A stretch of DNA of 64,000 nt, from the NCBI GenBank assembly GCA_965113315.1, contig OZ220377.1; one strand, written 5' to 3'. How positions within the stretch are numbered: the stretch's first letter is position 1; each line of letters begins with the position of its first letter. The DNA comes from Podarcis vaucheri (Eukaryota). The position numbers and the translations under genes were made by a program. The notes below the pieces were generated by a model that was not told the DNA's origin, made no database searches, and saw only the letters and a list, made by a program, of their open reading frames with translations. This document shows, piece by piece, positions 58,393 to 64,000 of this stretch.

Positions 58393-59052
58393 TGAAAGGT
58401 TATATACCTTTATGCAAATAGGAACCACCCCTATATAACGAGCTCATCAGTTCTGAATATAGTAAGTTATCTGCCTCGGAGTTAATGGGTTTGCTTGCCA
58501 TTATTTTGTGCCGTGTCCAAAGTTATCAAACACAGGGTCCCTCTGAATGCCGGCTGCTGGGAGCCACAAATGGGAAGAGTGCTGCTGTTCTCATGTCCTG
58601 CCATGGGGCACCCCTTTGGGGCATCTGGGGGCCCACTGTGTAAATAGGATGCTAGACTAGATGGATCCCTTTTAGCCTGACCCAGCCGTGTTCTTCTGAT
58701 GTCCTTACCTCTGCTACAATCTCAGTTAATTGATCTGTGTCAAGCGGAGCACTCAGTATGTGAATACTTTTCTGTACCTTGCAGACGCTTCTGCAATACA
58801 GGAAACATTTTGCAAATTTTGCACAGCTTATAGTAGCATGGGGAGCCTTTTTTAGCCTGAGAACCAGATAAAGAACTGGCCCATCGTCTGTGGGCCATCC
58901 TTGACAGTTGGTGCAGGTGCTTACCTGTCAGTGATCGGACTAACATCCTCTGGTGACGTAAAGCATAGAATAAATACAACAACAACAACAGAATTCTAAA
59001 TAGCGTTGAAGCCATAAATATAAAACAGGACAAACCCTATCCAAGGCATATA

Positions 59053-59299
59053 CAGTGGTACCTCGGGTTAAGAACTTAATTCGTTCTGGAGGTCCGTTCT
59101 TAACCTGAAACTGTTCTTAACCTGAGGTACCACTTTAGCTAATGGGGCCTCCCGCTGCTGCCACACGATTTCTGTTCTCATCCTGAAGCAAAGTTCTTAA
59201 CCCGAGGTACTATTTCTGGGTTAGCAGAGTCTGTAACCTGAAGCGTCTATAACCTGAAGCATCTGTAACCTGAAGCGCCTGTAATCCGAGGTACCACTG
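59053..59299. mobile_element. Tigger-like MITE family A, opposite orientation
   Basis: TA-CAGTGGTACCTCGG...CCGAGGTACCACTG-TA. Confidence 0.9.
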
Positions 59300-59601
59300 T
59301 AATCATGGCTCAGAAACAGGGATGGGGAACCTGCATCCCTTCAGAAGTTGCTGGACTCCAACTCCCATCAACTTTGACCGTGGGCAACGCTGGCTGGGGC
59401 TGATGGGAGCTGTAGTTCAGGGGGCCACAGGTTCCCCATGCCGGGCACAAAACATTTCAGATTCAAAAGGATCAGATTTGAAAGGCCTGTGAGAATTAAG
59501 AAGCGGTTTGCTTGGCGTGGCGTGGAAACTTCGTAATAGGGGTGGCTGTGTGGGTGTGTAGATCTAGATCTAGATCTCTAGATCTCTATATCTCTCTCTA
59601 T

Positions 59602-59679
59602 TTGTTGTTGTTTAGTCGTTTAGTCGTGTCCGACTCTTCGTGATGACATGGACCAGAGCATGCCAGGTGCTCCTGTCTT
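59602..59679 (-). mobile_element. BovB 3'-terminal stub
   Basis: ttgttgttgtttagtcgtttagtcgtgtccgactcttc. Confidence 0.8.
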
Positions 59680-59715
59680 TATATCTATACCTATACCTAT
59701 ACCTATACCATCTAT

Positions 59716-60066
59716 AAAAGTAAAGGGACCCTTGACCATTAGGTCCAGTCGTGACCGACTCTGGGGTTGCGGCGCTCATCCCGCTTTATTGGCCGAGGGA
59801 GCCGGCGTACAGCTTCCAGGTCATGTAGCCAGCATGACTAAGCCGCTTCTGGCGAACCAGAGCAGCACACGGAAACAACGTTTTCCTTCCCGCTGGAGTG
59901 GTACCTATTTATCTACTTGCACTTTGACGTGCTTTTGAACTGCTACATTGGCAGGAGCAGGGACCGAGCAACGGGCGCTCACCCCGTCACAGGGATTCGA
60001 ACTGCCGATCTTCTGATCGGCAAGTCCTAGGCTCTGTGGTTTAACCCACAGCGCCACCTGCGTCCC
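59716..60066 (-). mobile_element. Sauria SINE, full length
   Basis: Reverse complement of the 8079-type copy, ending cgccacctgcgtccc. Confidence 0.9.
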
Positions 60067-61716
60067 TCTATATCTATATCTATCTTAATAGTTATAATGG
60101 TTATAGGCAGTTGTGACTAGGCCATTAGGGTAAGTGGGGCATTGCCCCATCAACCTCAATCTGCCTCAGCCAGCCCCCCATTGCTCTGTCTTTCTGCATA
60201 CAGCTAATGGTGTGGGGGGGGGGGTATGGATCTGCCTGCTATGACCTCTGGCTCCATCTGCTGTCGGCCTCCCTGCCTTTCGCCCTACCAATCCCAATGG
60301 GTATCAGTCACATTGTTTATCAGACAAGTACCCCCCCCTTTATAGAAGAAGGATTTGTGCCTCAAGCAGGCATGCCCAGGGCTCTTTCTGACTGTAGTCA
60401 CAACATGTTAATTGCTCAGAAGTATAGGTGCATGTGAATAATAAAAGAAACACGTGTCTGTTTGTGGATTATACTCCGATTTATTTAGTTGCATCAGCGG
60501 GCAAAGGATACAATCGCTTTTCTGCCTGTAGTATCACAATGTCATTGCCAGCCTGAATGCAACCAAAATCGTTGGCATCAAATAACTCTTGCGATGAAAA
60601 TTCACCCATCCAGATTTTTGGGCCTGCGGGTTTGTTTCAGCTCCACCATCTTTCCAAGTGCTATGCTCTGTGACTTTTTTTTTTTTGGTAATAGGAAAAT
60701 CATCCCACCGGCATTCTCGCTGAAGTCGGCTGTTTTCGGCGATCTCTTTGCAAAAGTCTTGAATTTCTCCTCTGGGACGTGGGACTTAATAACACTGCAA
60801 ACAAGTCTTTATCTCAGTGCAGGGAGATAATTACTCTTAACGACCAAAGTGCCACAATTGAAACTTTGGGATGCCTTGTGTGAGAGCGTGTGCGGCCGTC
60901 CGCGCTTGCGCATCAGAGTCCTCAAAGCTGTCATTGCTCTGGAGGACTGGCTGCTGCAGAATATCCCCTGCTAACTGTGTGTCCTCATTTCGGTCACCAT
61001 GGAGAAAACCATCTGCTTCAAGTTTCTTGGAAAGGAGCTTGTGTTCCAACCCCCCTCCCCCTTCCACAACACCCTGTCTCCATCCCCAGCTGCCATCCAT
61101 AGACAAGCAATTAAGGAATTCATCTCTCAGGTTAAAAATAAAATAAAACAAAAACACCATGCTCTAAATTCATTTCTAATTAGGACACACATGGATTTTT
61201 TTTTATTTTTTTTTTACTTGTGTGTATATATCAGGGCCGGCCTTACCATTAGACAGAGTGAGATAGTGGCCTCCGGAACATAGGAAGCTGCCTTGCACCA
61301 AGCCAGACCTTTAGTGGTCAATTTAGCTCAGTATTGGCTGCATTGGTTAGCAGCAGCTCTCCAGAATTTCAGGCAGGGAGCATTTCCAAGCCATAACTAG
61401 AGATGCCAGGGACTGGACCTGCATGCAAAGCAGGTGCTCAGCCAGGGAGCTACAGTTCCCAAATCATATGTGATCTGAAACACAGGGTGTGGTGGGTGTG
61501 GTTGCATGTGAAAAATGTATACAAATCATCATCATGGCCCTGTGCCCTGAGTTCTAACCATATCCCTATCCTCAGGAAGCTGTTATACAGGAGCCACCTT
61601 GAAACCACTTGGAATTTCACCAGTCTGTCTTGCTCTCACCTTTTTCAAAGTTGTTGTTGTAATCTGTTCTGGAAATCTTCCCTTGAAGATCAGGGTCCCA
61701 AATATCTAAATAAGTA

Positions 61717-61885
61717 CCGTATTTTTTGCACCATAACACTCACTTTTTTCCTCCTAGAAAGTAAGGGGAAATGTCTGTGCGTGTTATGGAGGGAATGCCT
61801 ACGGGTGGCATGCCTACGGATTTTCCTCCTCTAAAAACTACGTGCGTGTTATGGTCGGGTGCGTGTTATAGAGCGAAAAATACGG
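61717..61885. mobile_element. Short MITE related to family D
   Basis: TA-CCGTATTTTTTGC...GCGAAAAATACGG. Confidence 0.8.
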
Positions 61886-63693
61886 CAAATATTTTGGGTT
61901 GTATTCAACTAAGGGCTCGTCCACACTTCAGCTTGTCCCTAGCTTCTGAGCGTTTTCTGTTTTACCCAGGAAAACCCACTGTTTAGTGCTGAGTCGGAGC
62001 AGAGAAAACCCGATTGACATCTGTTCTGATTCAGCGGTAAGGATCAGGAGGAAGTTGGGGGACAAGTGGAAGTTTGCTTACACCAAGTTTTGCTGTAAGT
62101 AAGAGCCATTGGAATTAGTGGGCCTAACTTTGTCATACCCATTCATGCAAATGGGTCTCCTCCGAGTAGGAATAGCATTGGTTACAACCTCCTTAGGCCC
62201 TCTTTGTTGACATTATGACATACTCACAGGGTTGAGTAAAGATTATGAAAAGAAGTCCTAGTCTAACTTTCTAACCATTGCTTTCTAACCACTGCTTTCT
62301 AACTTTCTAACCACTGGCTGTCTAAATGGGATTTAAGTGGATCTAAATGGGCCCTGATCCACAGAAGTCACTGACGCAATACAGCAATTGTATGCCCGTC
62401 TGCTCAGATGTAAGACCTTTAGAGAGCTATGAAACTTACTCCCAGGCAAGCATGGATAGGATCGCAGCCGAAATATGCTTTTGATCGTGCCACACGATTC
62501 TTTGCTGTGTTTGCTACAACAGATTTAACAGGGCTGCCCCTTATGGAATAGAGTGAAATGATTATTAAAAATATCCATAATTAACTTTATTTAATGGGCT
62601 CGCGGGGGTGGCAGGGAACAGCAATGAGCAAAATATCCAGCAGACATGATCTAAATAAAAACCCTAACAGCCAGCCTTTTTTATTAGGGCTCCTGCGCCT
62701 TCCATAGTTCAGTAGATGAGGAAAGGTTGGTAGGTGCAACTTTTAACACCCCCCCCCCAACCACAGTGCTGAGATTTATTTTAGACAAGTTAATGATACA
62801 GAAACCTAAACAGTCAGAGCAACTGTTTCCTTTCCTAAGCTCCACTGGACACTGTTTCTTTTAAAATATTACCACTAATGATTCCTTCTAATAGCAAACT
62901 TGGGTGATGGAGTGTCACCAGCATTGTTGCTAAAACTCAGAAACAAGAAGGAACTAGCTGCATGCTTGCTACGTTTAATGTTACACTTCTGTTGGAGGTG
63001 AGGGGATAGAATGGAATGGAACGGAAACCTGACAAAGGGCATGCGTAGCTGGCTGGCTGAAACCTCAAACGGGAATATTCCACACATTTGCTGGGGGTCC
63101 TGTTTGAAATATTAAAATACCACCACCACCACCAAATAATAATAGCAACAGTAAAATCCAATGAAGATTTTCAGTCAGAGTAGGTTGGCAAGAATGACAA
63201 TCAAATGAGAGCTTATTAAACATTATTATTTTTATTGAAAGCTGGTTCTCATTTCTTATTATTATTATTTATTACTAAATTTGTATACCACCCTTCATCT
63301 CAGGTTCACAACATAAATTGATGTCAGTGGGGGGACATCAACATCAACCTGATGCACTCACCTGAGCAGTTGGGAATGGGTCACAATTCAAGGTTTTAAA
63401 TACTAGCTAGGGGCTAAATACTAAATACTAAATAGCTAGGGGCTCAAATGCCTAAAAGATAACCTCCCTCAATATCAACCATCTTGGGTCCTGTTGCTCC
63501 CCAGCATGGAAGGCTCTTCCTGTTTAGGTGCAACTGTGTCCCTCACAACTGCTGTTTTGCTGCCCCTGGACCAGCTTGGAAGTACAGGATAAAAATAAAA
63601 TAATAAGATTGTCAGCCACAGAAGATGGGTCAGCTGTGGTGGGCTATGCCCCAAAAGGTGGGATATAAATGATAGAATTATAAAAAAATGATT

Positions 63694-63795
63694 AGGTAAA
63701 GGTAAAGGGACCCCTGACCATTAGGTCCAGTCGTGACTGACTCTGGGGTTGCGGCGCTCATCTCACTTTATTGGCCGACGGAGCTGGCGTACAGC
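63694..63795 (-). mobile_element. Sauria SINE 3' part, interrupted
   Basis: aggtaaaggtaaagggacccctgacc...ggcgtacagc followed directly by poly-T. Confidence 0.85.
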
Positions 63796-64000
63796 TTTTT
63801 TTTTTAAATAAAAATTTTTATTAGTTTTTCACAATTTATATAAACACAAACAATACACAATACAAACAAACAAACAAACACATAAACAAACATGTATAAT
63901 TTCAAATCCTTTTTTCTTAAACCTTACTTCCCCGACTTCCCCATACCTCCCCTTTCTGCATCCCAATTTCCAAATTTGTTTCAGCAAATCCTCCCCCTTA
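63796..64000 (-). mobile_element. Probable L1-like 3' end inserted in the SINE; runs off the window
   Basis: Poly-T and tttttatt (antisense AATAAA) abut the broken SINE. Confidence 0.55.

Noticed and set aside
60837-61160. Minus-strand 107-aa ORF as the last exon of a neighbouring gene
   Set aside because: No recognised homology, and no convincing acceptor or upstream exons; kept only as a low-interest finding

Overview
Vertebrate genomic DNA, almost certainly a squamate and probably a lacertid lizard (Sauria SINEs, Squam3-like SINE, BovB, L2, Tigger- and hAT-type MITEs, Penelope-like and solo-LTR insertions), with two assembly gaps (6069-6225, 51881-52034). The main content is one large + strand multi-exon gene that the ORF track does not show as a unit. 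I assembled by hand 24 exons from 3427 to the TGA at 53023-53025. All have AG acceptors, 22 of the 23 introns have GT donors and one has a GC donor, all splice phases are consistent, and there is no internal stop (3443 nt, about 1,147 codons). The product is an uncharacterised protein I cannot name: an N-terminal TBC/Rab-GAP-like domain that appears to lack both catalytic fingers, followed by about three C2-like beta-sandwich modules that resemble ciliary transition-zone-type C2 domains. Two upstream exon-like segments (750-924, 1963-2381) carry stops and a frameshift, which suggests N-terminal decay, a null allele or assembly errors. The introns hold several clean insertions with target-site duplications: a 148-bp perfect palindrome, an inverted BovB pair, three or four solo LTRs and nested MITEs. 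They also contain repeat-poor stretches with clustered homeodomain motifs that may be enhancers. There are no rRNA genes, genuine tRNA genes or CRISPR arrays.
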